A stretch of DNA of 64,000 nt from Candidatus Acidiferrales bacterium (GCA_035533655.1 DATLTJ010000031.1:2490-66489); one strand, 5' to 3'. Numbered from the stretch's first letter, positions 40,861-50,618 are shown. Program-made: numbers and translations. Notes: generated by a model not told the origin, from the sequence alone.

Positions 40861-41721
40861 GTGAATGCAGGCTTGGTGATCCTGGTGATAGTCGTGGTGC
40901 TCCTGTTGACCACGTTTTCCACCGGATTTCGCGTTATCAACGAGTACGAGCGTGGCGTCGTCTTCCGCTTGGGCCGGCTGATTGATGTCAAAGGACCCGG
41001 TCCCCGAATGATCATTCCTTTCGGTGTCGACCGACTGCTGAAGATCGATCTGCGGATCAATGTGCATCAGGTGCCCCCGCAGGACATCATCACCAAGGAC
41101 AACGTTACGGCGCGGGTGACCGCGGTGGTGTTCTTCCGGGTGGTTGATGCGCGGGACGCCTACGTCAAGGTCAACGATTACCGGGGCAGCATCTCGACCG
41201 CCGCCCAGACGACGTTGCGTTCGATTTTGGGCCAGTCAACGCTCGACGAATTGCTGAGCCAGCGCGACAAGGTGAACGCTGAGCTGCAGACCGTGATCGA
41301 CGAACAGACCGAGCCCTGGGGCGTGAAGGTCACCGCAGTCGAGGTTAAAGACGTGGACCTGCCCCAGTCGATGCAGCGGACCATGGCCATGCAGGCGGAG
41401 GCGGAACGCGAAAAGCGAGCCAAGATCATCCGCGCTGAGGGCGAGTTCCAGGCAGCGCAGCAATTGACCAATGCAGCCGCAGTGATCGGAAGCGAACCAG
41501 CCGCCCTGCAGTTGCGCTATCTGCAAACGCTCGCGGAGATCGGAGCGGAGCAGAACACGGTGGTCGTCTTCCCCTTGCCACTCGACCTGATTCAGCCTTT
41601 CCTGGAGATCAGTGCGAAGGCGGGGGCCAGCAACGGCAAGCACGAGGCCGCTCTGAAGGCGCTCAAGGAGAGGGTAATTCCCGCGGCGGGCGCGAGGACC
41701 CCAAGGGCTAAGGCCGACTGA
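40861..41721 (+). CDS. SPFH/band-7 (stomatin-like) protein.
   Basis: N-terminal TM, then VINEYERGVVFRLGRL and a coiled-coil EAEREKRAKIIRAEGE. GTG at 40861. Confidence 0.85.
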   Translation: MNAGLVILVIVVVLLLTTFSTGFRVINEYERGVVFRLGRLIDVKGPGPRMIIPFGVDRLLKIDLRINVHQVPPQDIITKDNVTARVTAVVFFRVVDARDAYVKVNDYRGSISTAAQTTLRSILGQSTLDELLSQRDKVNAELQTVIDEQTEPWGVKVTAVEVKDVDLPQSMQRTMAMQAEAEREKRAKIIRAEGEFQAAQQLTNAAAVIGSEPAALQLRYLQTLAEIGAEQNTVVVFPLPLDLIQPFLEISAKAGASNGKHEAALKALKERVIPAAGARTPRAKAD

Positions 41722-41741
41722 TCGGGCCTGACCGCGGTCAG

Positions 41742-42491
41742 GTGGAGGGGGAGGCGCAGGACTGGGCCCCGCGAACTCCCCGGTGCCTGCTTTTGGGCTC
41801 CGGGGAGTTCGAACCGTGGGTGGGAAGTGCCGAGACCGCAGCCCTGTCCGGCGCCGGGGGAGACGGCACGGCGGTGGTGCTGGCCACCGCCAGCGCCCCC
41901 GAGGGGGAAGCGACGTTCGGGCGCTGGAACGGGATGGGGTTGGGACACTACGAATCCCTGGGCCTGGCGGTTCGCGCCCTGCCGGTTAGAACTCGCCAGG
42001 ACGCGGAACTGGCAGCGCACGCAGCCGTCGTCAGCCAGGCCAGCCTGATCTTCTTCTCGGGCGGGAATCCCGAATACCTGGCTCGCACCCTGGAGGGTAG
42101 CGCGCTCTGGCAGGCGGTGCTGCAGGCTCTCGAGGGAGGCGCGGTCTACGGCGGTTGCAGCGCTGGCGCCATGGTTGCCGGAGCGGCCCAACAGTCCGGG
42201 CCCGCTCGGGGGCGCTTTCGGTTCAGCGGCGGACTCGGGCTCTGCCCCAGGGACGTTTTTGGGGTCCACTGGGACTCCACATTCATGAAACTTCTGCGAC
42301 CGGCTGTTATTCGGCGGGTGCCAGCGGGCTGCCGCCTCATCGGGATCGCTGAACGGACAGCCGTCCTGACGGAGGGAAGGGGATGGCGAGTGTTTGGGGA
42401 CGGCGCGGTCGAAGTGCGAGACGGTCTGATTCGGAGGTCATATCGGGCTGGGGAGGTCATCCCGGATGGTCCTGTCGCCGCCCACTCGTGA
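41742..42491 (+). CDS. Peptidase S51 family (dipeptidase E / cyanophycinase-like), class I glutamine-amidotransferase fold.
   Basis: LIFFSGGNPEYL and GGCSAGAMV nucleophile motif. Confidence 0.6.
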   Translation: MEGEAQDWAPRTPRCLLLGSGEFEPWVGSAETAALSGAGGDGTAVVLATASAPEGEATFGRWNGMGLGHYESLGLAVRALPVRTRQDAELAAHAAVVSQASLIFFSGGNPEYLARTLEGSALWQAVLQALEGGAVYGGCSAGAMVAGAAQQSGPARGRFRFSGGLGLCPRDVFGVHWDSTFMKLLRPAVIRRVPAGCRLIGIAERTAVLTEGRGWRVFGDGAVEVRDGLIRRSYRAGEVIPDGPVAAHS

Positions 42492-42502
42492 GCGGCCCGA
42501 GG

Positions 42503-42518
42503 TGTTTCACGTGAAACA
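42503..42518. promoter_or_regulatory. parS: parS centromere-like site.
   Basis: TGTTTCACGTGAAACA is a perfect 16-bp palindrome identical to the parS consensus. Located 25 nt upstream of parA. Confidence 0.75.
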
Positions 42519-42543
42519 TCCCGCTGCTCCTATACTCCCGGAC

Positions 42544-43326
42544 ATGTCTCGCCCTCGGGTGATAACTGTGTGCAACCAGAAGGGCGGGGTTGGCAAGACG
42601 ACCACCGCCGTGAGCCTGGGCGCCGCTCTGGCGGAGCGGGGGCTGCGGGTGCTTCTGGTGGACTGCGACCCGCAGGGAAATGCCACTTCTGGAGTGGGCG
42701 TGCGGCCGGCCGATCTCTCGGCTTCGATCTATGACGTCGTCGTCCTGGGACAACCGCTGCTGGAAGTTGCCATCAAGATCGAAGCCGTGCCTGGACTGAC
42801 CCTGGTCCCCTCCAACGTATCCCTGGCAGGATCGGAGCTGGAGCTCGCCGAGCTCCCGCTCCGCGAGTCGCGGCTACGGCTCGCGCTGGATGGCCTGGAA
42901 GACTTCGACTACGTTCTCTTGGACACGCCGCCGTCGCTGGGTCTTCTGACTGTCAACTGCCTGGTAGCCGCCGATTCACTGCTGATCCCCCTCCAGTGCG
43001 AGTACTACGCGCTGGAGGGCCTCTCCCTTCTGACTCAGACCCAGACCCTCGTGCGGCAGTCGCTGAACCCGGGCTTGACCCTGGCCGGCATCGTGCTTAC
43101 CCTCTTCGATCCGAGGACGATCCTCAGCTCGCAGGTGGTAAGCGAAGTCCGGCGCCAGTTCGGAGACCAAGCGTTCACCACCGTCATCCCTCGCTCGGTG
43201 CGCCTCAGCGAGGCGCCGAGCCACGGTCTGCCCATAACCCTCTACGAGCCCGCCGGGCGGGCCGCGGCGGCCTATCGGGCCCTAGCCGACGAACTTGTCG
43301 CCCGGACCGCACCAGTGGCTGCATGA
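42544..43326 (+). CDS. parA: Chromosome partitioning ATPase ParA/Soj.
   Basis: Deviant Walker A NQKGGVGKTTT. Confidence 0.9.
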   Translation: MSRPRVITVCNQKGGVGKTTTAVSLGAALAERGLRVLLVDCDPQGNATSGVGVRPADLSASIYDVVVLGQPLLEVAIKIEAVPGLTLVPSNVSLAGSELELAELPLRESRLRLALDGLEDFDYVLLDTPPSLGLLTVNCLVAADSLLIPLQCEYYALEGLSLLTQTQTLVRQSLNPGLTLAGIVLTLFDPRTILSSQVVSEVRRQFGDQAFTTVIPRSVRLSEAPSHGLPITLYEPAGRAAAAYRALADELVARTAPVAA

Positions 43327-44198
43327 CCAAGCGAAGGGGGCTCGGTAGGGGTTTGGAGCAGCTGATCCCCACCGGCGCCTCGGACTTCAACCCAATATTG
43401 GGCGGGCAGGGTGCCCGAGATGTCCCAATCGCCTTGATCGACCCCAACCCGGAGCAGCCGCGCACCAGCTTCGACGAGGCGTCGCTGCGCGCCCTAGCCG
43501 ATTCGATCCAGACCTACGGCGTGCTGCAGCCGTTGGTGGTCGAGGCCAATGGGCCCCGCTTTAGGCTGGTCGCCGGAGAACGACGCCTGCGAGCCGCCCA
43601 GTTGGCCGGGTTGGGGCGGGTGCCAGCGGTCGTCCGCCCAGTTGGCCCCGACCGGGAGAAGCTGGAGGTTGCTCTGGTCGAGAACCTCCAGCGCAGCGAC
43701 ATCTCCGCCCTTGATGAGGCGCGGGCATTCGCCCGGCTCTGCGACGTATTTGGTCTCACCCAGGAGCAGGTAGCCCAACGGGTCGGCCGCAGTCGCTCCG
43801 GGGTCGCCAACACCATGCGGCTCCTGCAGGCCGCCCCCGCCGTTCAGCTGGCGATCCAGGGCGGCCAGATCGCGCCCGCTCATGGACGGGCGTTGCTCTC
43901 GCTTCCCGACGCAGAAGCTCAAGAGAAGCTGCTCGGCCGGATCGTGGCTCAGAGCTTATCGGTTCGGGAGACGGAGAGGCTGGTAGCCCAGCAGGCCGGT
44001 GACCGTCCGGGCCGCCCGGCTCGCGCCGCCAGCGCCTCCGACACCGCCTTGGGACCGATCGAGGAGGCACTCACCCGGCGCTTGAGCACTCGCGTCAAGC
44101 TCCTCCCTGGCCCCAAGGGACGGGGCAGGATCGTGATTGAGTACTTCTCAGAAGAGGAGCTCAACGGCCTGCTCGACCGGCTGGCGATCTCGCTCTAG
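43323..44198 (+). CDS. parB: Chromosome partitioning protein ParB/Spo0J.
   Basis: ParB box GERRLRAAQLAG and HTH. ATGA overlap with parA. Confidence 0.9.
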   Translation: MTKRRGLGRGLEQLIPTGASDFNPILGGQGARDVPIALIDPNPEQPRTSFDEASLRALADSIQTYGVLQPLVVEANGPRFRLVAGERRLRAAQLAGLGRVPAVVRPVGPDREKLEVALVENLQRSDISALDEARAFARLCDVFGLTQEQVAQRVGRSRSGVANTMRLLQAAPAVQLAIQGGQIAPAHGRALLSLPDAEAQEKLLGRIVAQSLSVRETERLVAQQAGDRPGRPARAASASDTALGPIEEALTRRLSTRVKLLPGPKGRGRIVIEYFSEEELNGLLDRLAISL

Positions 44199-44230
44199 CC
44201 AGAGGCCAATTCCGCCCTCCCTATACTGCC

Positions 44231-45013
44231 GTGGTGCCAACCGACCCTGCGATCGTTCCCGATCCTGCTGGAGATCGGGGCGAAGGGGAAGTTCTGGCTC
44301 ACCCCCGATCGTTGGTGCGGGACCTGGTCGAGGTCGTCGCGCTGGCGGCGCTCATCTATCTGCTGATTGCTTTTGCGATCCAGCCGGTGCATGTCGAGGG
44401 CACCAGCATGTACCCCGGCCTGCAGAACAACAATCTGCTCATCGCCGAGAAGGTGTCCTTGTACTTCGGAGGTCCTTCTCGGGGCGACGTCGTGATCATC
44501 AAACCGCCGATCGCGTCAACAAACGACTTCATCAAGCGAGTCATCGGCCTGCCTGGCGAATGGCTGCGCATCGCTCCCAACAGTCATCACGTGGGCCATG
44601 TCTACATCAGCGACACCAGACCCACCTCCCTGACTGGAGGGATTCAGCTCAATGAGCCCTACGTCAGCGGGGTGTGGCAGGACGAGGTCGAGTGCTGCAC
44701 CGCGGCGGGCACCTTCTCACCCCTCTTGCCGACCAGCGGAAAGTGGGTTCACATCCCCGCCCACGACTACTTCGTGATGGGTGATAACCGCAACTTTTCC
44801 GAGGATTCCCGCACGTTCGGTTTCGAGCCTCAGAGCGGCATCCGCGGCGTTGCCGTTGCTCGCTTTTGGCCGCTGGACAGGCTCGGCCTAGTGCCCGGCG
44901 AACGGCCTACTTTCAGCGTGGTTCTGGCGGCCGGCACGCTGCTTCCGGTGCGCCGGCTACGCCGTCGTCGTTCTAGGGATAGATCCAGCGACCGCCTTCC
45001 CGCTCCCAAGTAA
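44231..45013 (+). CDS. lepB: Signal peptidase I (S26).
   Basis: Catalytic Ser in GTSMYPGL and Lys in IKRVIGLPGE, then GDNRNFSEDSR. Arg-rich C-terminal tail. Confidence 0.8.
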   Translation: MVPTDPAIVPDPAGDRGEGEVLAHPRSLVRDLVEVVALAALIYLLIAFAIQPVHVEGTSMYPGLQNNNLLIAEKVSLYFGGPSRGDVVIIKPPIASTNDFIKRVIGLPGEWLRIAPNSHHVGHVYISDTRPTSLTGGIQLNEPYVSGVWQDEVECCTAAGTFSPLLPTSGKWVHIPAHDYFVMGDNRNFSEDSRTFGFEPQSGIRGVAVARFWPLDRLGLVPGERPTFSVVLAAGTLLPVRRLRRRRSRDRSSDRLPAPK

Positions 45014-45428
45014 CCAGCTCGGCGTCGCCGAAGTAGAGCGCGATCTCCTGCTCGGCTCGGGATGGGCTGTCCGAGCCGTGGACCACGTTCTGACCGATGT
45101 CGATGCCGAAGTCCCCGCGGATGGTCCCGGGGGCAGCGGTCGCGGGATTGGTCGGACCCATCATCGATCGGACCATCATCACCGCATTGGGTCCCTCCCA
45201 CACCATGGCCACGACCGGGGCGGACGTGATGAAATCGATGATCGCCTCGAAGAAGGGCCGGCCGCGATGCTCGCCGTAGTGCTCCGCGGCGATCTCCCGC
45301 GTGATGTCCGTGAGCTTGAGGCCGACCAGGTGGAGGCCTCGGCGCTCGAACCGGCCCACCAACTCCCCGACGAGTCCGCGCTGGACCCCGTCAGGCTTGA
45401 TCAGCACCAAAGTTCTCTCCACGCTCAT
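44973..45428 (-). CDS. ndk: Nucleoside diphosphate kinase.
   Basis: ERTLVLIKPDGV and NVVHGSDS. ATG at 45428 was chosen; the track ORF extends 32 codons further. Confidence 0.9.
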   Translation of the reverse strand: MSVERTLVLIKPDGVQRGLVGELVGRFERRGLHLVGLKLTDITREIAAEHYGEHRGRPFFEAIIDFITSAPVVAMVWEGPNAVMMVRSMMGPTNPATAAPGTIRGDFGIDIGQNVVHGSDSPSRAEQEIALYFGDAELVTWEREGGRWIYP

Positions 45429-45474
45429 GCCCTCCCCGCCGCTGTAGCTCCGGCGTAGCTGCCTGGAGGCGACA

Positions 45475-46821
45475 TCATCCCGCAACTCCGTTAGCGATAG
45501 CCGCCAAAGCGGTCGCCGAGTCAAGACCAGGCCCCACTGCAGCGAGCCGCCAGCCTCTCCCCGAGAACAGACCCTCGGCGGTCGCCTGAACCTCCGCCGC
45601 CGTGACCGATCTCACCGCGGAGATTACCTCGGCCGGAGACATCACGGAGCCGATCAGCGCCGCCTGGTGTCCTAGGAACTCAGCCATCGCACTGGTACCC
45701 TCGAGTTGGAGCCGCAACCGCCCCTCGATTTGGGTCTTGGTCCGCTCCAGCTCTTCGGCGGTGAGGCGCTCGCGCACTAGCTTCCCGACCTCCAGCAGGA
45801 CGCCCCGGATGGCCGTGTCGACCTGCTGCGGCTGAGTGGCCAGGTAGATGCCGAAGGCGCCGGAATCGCGATGACGAGCGGCAAACGAGTGGATGTCGTA
45901 GGCGAGCGCCTGGCGCTCTCGGAGCTCCAGGAAGAGGCGGCTGCTCATCCCCTCACCCAGGATGGTGTTGAGCACGTCCAGGGCCCAGCGCTCCGGATCT
46001 AGATAGGAGGAGCAGCGTACCCCCAACAGGACGTGAACCTGCTCACCGCGGCGCTTCCGCACTTTGGCCACCGGATCCGGTCCCAGGGGTGCGGGAACGC
46101 CGCCATCACTGCGGCGGCCGCCCGGTGCGGCAGTGGCCGGTCCCTGCTCGTCGAAGCAACGCTCGACCAGTGCCCGGGCCGGCTCGGGGTCGAAGCCCCC
46201 GGAGAGCACCACTACCACCCGGTCCGGCACGTAATAAGCACTTCGATAGGCGCTCAATTCCTCCGCCCCGATCCGCGTCAATGAGGCTTTGGTACCGGCG
46301 GGGTCCCGGGCCAGGGGATGGTCGCCCCAGAGCAGATCGTCAAAGATCATCTGGACCAGGTCGCCTGGCTGGTCCAGGTACATGTGAAGTTCCTCGATCA
46401 CCACATTGCGCTCCCGCTCGGCTTCGTCGGCGGCAATCCGGGGAGCGAAGGTCAAGTCAAAGAGGAGCCGGAGCGCCAGTTCCAGGTGGGAGCCGGGGAC
46501 CTTAGCCCAGAAGGTGGTCAGCTCCTTGTCGGTGCTGGCATTGAGGACGCCCCCGATTCCCTCGATCGATTGGGAAACGTCCCGGCTGGTGGGAAAGCGC
46601 TCCGTGCCCTTGAACACGATGTGTTCCAGGAAGTGGGATACGCCAGCCAGCCGCTTGGTCTCCCAGCGCGACCCGACCCGAACCAGTACCGAAGCGGCCA
46701 CCGACTCGCGGCCGGCCATCGGTGCCAGCACCAGTTGCGCTCCGTTGGGCAGTTGGACCAGCTCCCAGCTAGCCTCGGAGCCCGACCGGACGGCAGTTGC
46801 GGTGCGGCTCACTCTTGCCAC
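45475..46821 (-). CDS. M16-family zinc peptidase (insulinase-like).
   Basis: Inverted zinc motif HFLEH...E. Confidence 0.8.
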   Translation of the reverse strand: MARVSRTATAVRSGSEASWELVQLPNGAQLVLAPMAGRESVAASVLVRVGSRWETKRLAGVSHFLEHIVFKGTERFPTSRDVSQSIEGIGGVLNASTDKELTTFWAKVPGSHLELALRLLFDLTFAPRIAADEAERERNVVIEELHMYLDQPGDLVQMIFDDLLWGDHPLARDPAGTKASLTRIGAEELSAYRSAYYVPDRVVVVLSGGFDPEPARALVERCFDEQGPATAAPGGRRSDGGVPAPLGPDPVAKVRKRRGEQVHVLLGVRCSSYLDPERWALDVLNTILGEGMSSRLFLELRERQALAYDIHSFAARHRDSGAFGIYLATQPQQVDTAIRGVLLEVGKLVRERLTAEELERTKTQIEGRLRLQLEGTSAMAEFLGHQAALIGSVMSPAEVISAVRSVTAAEVQATAEGLFSGRGWRLAAVGPGLDSATALAAIANGVAG

Positions 46822-47442
46822 CTAGTTTCGGGTCTCGGTGCGCTGCTGGACCCGGGCCAGGGTGAGCGCGTAGTTGAGGTCCAGGGTCGCGGCATTGCCG
46901 GCGATGCGGATCTCGTTGACCACGTTGGCCTGCCGCCAGGCCAGGACGAACGACTGGTACTCCGACTGGTCGAGCGCCTTGGTCTCCGTGAACGCCGCCG
47001 CCTGGGCACCGAGGGATCCGGTCGATACCTGCTCCCATCCGGTCTGCCCCAACTGCTTCTTCGCCAAGGCGAATCCGCTGGTGGCTCCGGCAGCCGACAT
47101 GTACGTCACGGCGGAGCTCGCGATGACAACAGGCCCGACCACCTCCTGGGGGCTCACTTCCCGGTCGAAGGTGGTCATATAGGCGGTCTGGCGACCCTCA
47201 GCCTGGTACTGGTGCAAGACCGAGGCCTCTCCTCCGGCGGCTTTCTTGTTGCTAATGACGCCAGTGTTTTTCGATCCCTTCTCAATCACAAAGCCAGCAT
47301 ATGGCAATTGCGACAAGCTGAGCGCGAGCTGCCGGGGCGCGGTACGGATCAGCGCCGGAGAGCTTCCACAGCCAACCAGGAGGAGGGCAAGACCGCCGCC
47401 AAGGAGGGGACCGGCCCAGGTCCGACCGGAGCTCCGAATCAG
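46822..47442 (-). CDS. Secreted lipoprotein, hypothetical.
   Basis: Lipobox ALLLVGC|GSS preceded by an n-region (IRSSGRTW). No ATG/GTG/TTG occurs between the upstream TAA and the signal peptide. CTG at 47442 overlaps the jag stop (CTGA), and ATT lies at 47439. Confidence 0.5.
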   Translation of the reverse strand: MIRSSGRTWAGPLLGGGLALLLVGCGSSPALIRTAPRQLALSLSQLPYAGFVIEKGSKNTGVISNKKAAGGEASVLHQYQAEGRQTAYMTTFDREVSPQEVVGPVVIASSAVTYMSAAGATSGFALAKKQLGQTGWEQVSTGSLGAQAAAFTETKALDQSEYQSFVLAWRQANVVNEIRIAGNAATLDLNYALTLARVQQRTETRN

Positions 47443-48128
47443 AGCCCGACCTCTCCGGCAGGCCGAATGGTCACCCGGCGCTCGGCGTCCGTGCCGGTGC
47501 TCTCGGTGGCCACATTAGGGTCCTCGGCCAGGGCCAAATGCACCGCGCGGCGCTCATAGGGCTGCATCGGCTCCAGGGTGACTGAGCGACCGCTCCGGGT
47601 CACCCCAGCCGCCATGCGCAGCGCCATCTGAGCCACGGTGTGCTCCCGGCGCCGCCGATACCCGGCGACGTCGACGATCAACCGTGGCACTCCGGGCGTC
47701 AGTCCGCTCTCCCCCAGCATCAGGTTGAGGACCGTCTGCAGCGCCCGCAGGGATTCCCCCCTCCACCCGATCAAGATGCCCAGGTCCGCACCTTCCACCT
47801 CCAGGAGGAGGGGTGCCACCTCAGCTCTCTCGCTCGCCTCCGAACCAGTGGGGCGAACTCGGCGCACGTGGACTTCGGCCTCGATGTCCATCAGCCGCAA
47901 GATCGTCTCCAGATTTCCCTTTCCCAGGAGGCCCTCTCGGGGGATGGCCTGAACCCGCACCCGGGCCGCCGCACCAGCGATTCGCTCACCGGGGACGGCC
48001 GCTCCGCCCTCGCTCACCACCTCGACCAGTACCGCGTCCCGGTCCAATCCACCAGCTCGGCAGGCCGCCGAGGTCGCGTCCTCGACGGTCGTACCCTCGC
48101 CCTCAAAGGTCGCAGCGCTAAGTCCCAT
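47439..48128 (-). CDS. jag: Jag/KhpB RNA-binding protein (Jag-N, KH, R3H).
   Basis: The C-terminal R3H region (LEPMQPYERRAVHLAL) and gene order after yidC. Confidence 0.8.
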   Translation of the reverse strand: MGLSAATFEGEGTTVEDATSAACRAGGLDRDAVLVEVVSEGGAAVPGERIAGAAARVRVQAIPREGLLGKGNLETILRLMDIEAEVHVRRVRPTGSEASERAEVAPLLLEVEGADLGILIGWRGESLRALQTVLNLMLGESGLTPGVPRLIVDVAGYRRRREHTVAQMALRMAAGVTRSGRSVTLEPMQPYERRAVHLALAEDPNVATESTGTDAERRVTIRPAGEVGL

Positions 48129-48134
48129 TTCCGC

Positions 48135-49130
48135 TCAGCGGCGAGGCCGCCCCCGCTCCTTGCTCTTGGGGCGGCGGGTCGGCGGCCGGGTCGGCGGCCG
48201 CTGGGTAATACCCGCCACGCCGTTGCCATGGCCGGCGCCGACCACGGGAATGGCTGCCACCGGGGAGGTCTGAGCCCGACCGAGCGGCGAGTTCTTCGGC
48301 CGCCAGCCTGCCCCGGGGAACCACGGCGGCACCTTGAGCCCGCCCCAACCCATCATGGAGAAGACCTGCACGACCATGATTCCGCTCTGGGTTATCCAGT
48401 ACAGACCGATCCCCTGGTTGAAGTTCAGGGCGAAGACAGCGATCAGCACGGGCATGAGATAGGTCGTCTGCCGCATGACGTTATACATCTGCTTTTCCTG
48501 ATCGGTCATGTCCGGTCGCTGCGGCTGCATCATCATCTTCGACTGCATGAAGGTCAGCACGCCCGCCAAGATCGGCACGATGATCAAGGTGGGGTGGGTG
48601 AGAAGCCCCGCTTTGAGCGCCGACTTGTCGAGGTTGGCGATCCACAGGAAGCTGGCGTGGCCGTGCAGACCCTTGGACAGCTTGTTGATGGAGCCAAAGA
48701 GAGCGTAGATGAATGGCAGCTGGATCAGCAGTGGGAAACAACCGGAAAGCTGACTCAGCGGATTGATCTGGTGCCGCTTGTAGAGCGCCATCGTCTCCAC
48801 CTGGAGCTTCGCTTTGTCCTTTTTGTACTTGGCCTGGATCTCCCGCAATTCCGGGCCCATCCGCCGCTGGTCCGCCTGAATCTTCCATTGGGTGCGAATC
48901 TGCCAGCGGAATAGCGGGAAGAGGAGTCCGCGGATGGCCATCGTGAGCACGATCACCGCCAACCCGAATGCACCGATGGTGGCGGTGGGACCGAAACCTT
49001 GGAAGGCGTGGTCGAGGAATTGCAGCGCCACCGCGATCGGCGTCAGCAGGACGTAGAAGAAGATCGCCAAAATCGGATTGGTTGGGGGCGGGGCGGCCGG
49101 GTTGACGAAGGTCAGAAACTCAATGCCCAT
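48135..49130 (-). CDS. yidC: Membrane protein insertase YidC (short Gram-positive form with a basic C-tail).
   Basis: Conserved insertase helices (PLLIQLPFIYALF; GIGLYWITQSGIMVVQ). ATG at 49130 verified. Arg/Pro-rich tail. Confidence 0.9.
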   Translation of the reverse strand: MGIEFLTFVNPAAPPPTNPILAIFFYVLLTPIAVALQFLDHAFQGFGPTATIGAFGLAVIVLTMAIRGLLFPLFRWQIRTQWKIQADQRRMGPELREIQAKYKKDKAKLQVETMALYKRHQINPLSQLSGCFPLLIQLPFIYALFGSINKLSKGLHGHASFLWIANLDKSALKAGLLTHPTLIIVPILAGVLTFMQSKMMMQPQRPDMTDQEKQMYNVMRQTTYLMPVLIAVFALNFNQGIGLYWITQSGIMVVQVFSMMGWGGLKVPPWFPGAGWRPKNSPLGRAQTSPVAAIPVVGAGHGNGVAGITQRPPTRPPTRRPKSKERGRPRR

Positions 49131-49362
49131 GCACGAGCTCCTCCGGCAACGGCACCGGGTCATACCCGCCTTGATGGAAGGGGTTGCAGCGAACGATCCG
49201 GCGGATGCCCATCCACCAGCCACGCCGGAAGCCGTAGAGCTGAATCGCCTCGTACGCGTAGTGGGAACAACTGGGCTCGTAGCGGCACGAGGACATCAGG
49301 CCGAACACCGGGCTAAAAGTCGCCTGATAAAACACGATGAACCACAGGGAAAGCTTCCTCAC
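49120..49362 (-). CDS. yidD: Membrane protein insertion efficiency factor YidD.
   Basis: YQATFSP...CRYEPSCSHYA..YG.RG.W.G..RI.RC.PFHQGGYDPVP. GTG start overlaps the rnpA stop (GTGA). Confidence 0.75.
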   Translation of the reverse strand: MRKLSLWFIVFYQATFSPVFGLMSSCRYEPSCSHYAYEAIQLYGFRRGWWMGIRRIVRCNPFHQGGYDPVPLPEELVHGH

Positions 49363-49691
49363 TGGGCAGCTCCCGTCACGACCAGCGCTCGCGTCAGCGA
49401 TGCCCGCAACGCTCCCCACCCGGCCGCCACCGCTGCCCGCTGGGGACGGAGCACGACGTCGTAGGCTCCGAGAGAGCCGAGACTTTCCCTCACTGCTGCC
49501 TGTAGACGACGCCGCACCCGGTTGCGCACGACGGCTCCCCCGAGTCGTTTGGTGACCACGACTCCGACCCTCGGGTGTCCCACGGCATTCGCCCTCACCT
49601 GGACGCGGAGCACATCGTCTCCAGCGCCCTTCCGCCCCGCCCGCACAGCCTCAAAGTCGGCGGAGTGACGGAGGCGGTACTTCGTCTTCAC
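49359..49691 (-). CDS. rnpA: Ribonuclease P protein component.
   Basis: Basic ~110 aa protein ([34 protein letters not shown]). Sits between rpmH and yidD. GTG start overlaps the rpmH stop. Confidence 0.8.
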   Translation of the reverse strand: MKTKYRLRHSADFEAVRAGRKGAGDDVLRVQVRANAVGHPRVGVVVTKRLGGAVVRNRVRRRLQAAVRESLGSLGAYDVVLRPQRAAVAAGWGALRASLTRALVVTGAAQ

Positions 49692-49834
49692 CGCACGGGC
49701 GCGGGTGTCAAGCGCAGGCGTCCCTTCAGGCGGCGGCGCTTGATGACGCGGACCCCCCCGGGGGTCGACATCCGGGCCCGAAACCCATGCGTCTTCCGCC
49801 GGTAGCGCTTCTTGGGCTGAAAAGTTCTCTTGAT
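49688..49834 (-). CDS. rpmH: 50S ribosomal protein L34.
   Basis: [22 protein letters not shown]...IKRRRLKGR. The canonical MKRTFQP N-terminus is encoded as ATC-AAG-AGA, with ATC in the Met position. The nearest alternative in-frame start is the CTG at 49852. Confidence 0.7.
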   Translation of the reverse strand: MKRTFQPKKRYRRKTHGFRARMSTPGGVRVIKRRRLKGRLRLTPAPVR

Positions 49835-50098
49835 GGTCGAATTCCTTCGCAGACTCGGACCTGGGGCCCAGCTCTGGACCTCCCAACCGAATCCGCCGCC
49901 TGGGATAACTCTCTCGGTAAACCGGCGCTGAGGATAGCAGACGGCGGCACGAGACTCCCGAACGAGCCTCGATCTCGACGCCGCCAGCCGGTGCCCGGTC
50001 CTCTGGGCGCGGGCCAGGCCATCACTCGTGACGGGGCTTTGGGAAACCTCCATGACCAGCGCCACTTGCACGGTACCGAGTCGGCTCGCGCGCGGCAC

Positions 50099-50618
50099 CG
50101 AGGTGGCTGGCAGGCGGTCGACGCATTCGTCCGTCTGCCGAAAAGTCCCCGGCGGCGAGTGGGCTCTTCCGGGTCGTGGCGACCGGCTCCTGAAACGTTA
50201 GGTCGCGGCGGCGACACCGGCCCGGGCCGGTGTGCTACCTACCGATCACCGACGCAGAAATCATAGCTGAAGATGGGTTTTTCGTCGATGTTCATCGGAC
50301 GATCAGCGCGTTCCCCGCAACTTAGTTCCCTCGATTCGCGCGTCGCCGCCGTCGTCCAATTGTGCCAGAACATCCGCGCTCCCATACGGGTTGTGGGTGT
50401 TCGTTGGTACGGTGGCTAAGGCGATTGCCGCCTCCTCCGCGATTGTGTGCAGCACCGTGCCGGAAAGCGTTGCACGGGGGGTTGGGCGGTGCTACCATCC
50501 GGGAGCGACCGCAGGGGTGGGCCAGACCCGGTCCGAGCTTCTCTCTTCCACAGGGCGAATCTACCCCTCAGGTGGGTTTTCCACTCCTGTGCAGAAGGTG
50601 TGAATTGCGCTTCATTCG
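50099..50618. promoter_or_regulatory. rpmH-dnaA intergenic region: dnaA promoter/5'UTR, possible oriC part.
   Basis: 520-nt non-coding gap between divergent rpmH and dnaA. It has only degenerate DnaA-box-like 9-mers (TCTTCCACA, TTTTCCACT) and a relatively AT-richer patch around 50260-50300. Confidence 0.4.
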
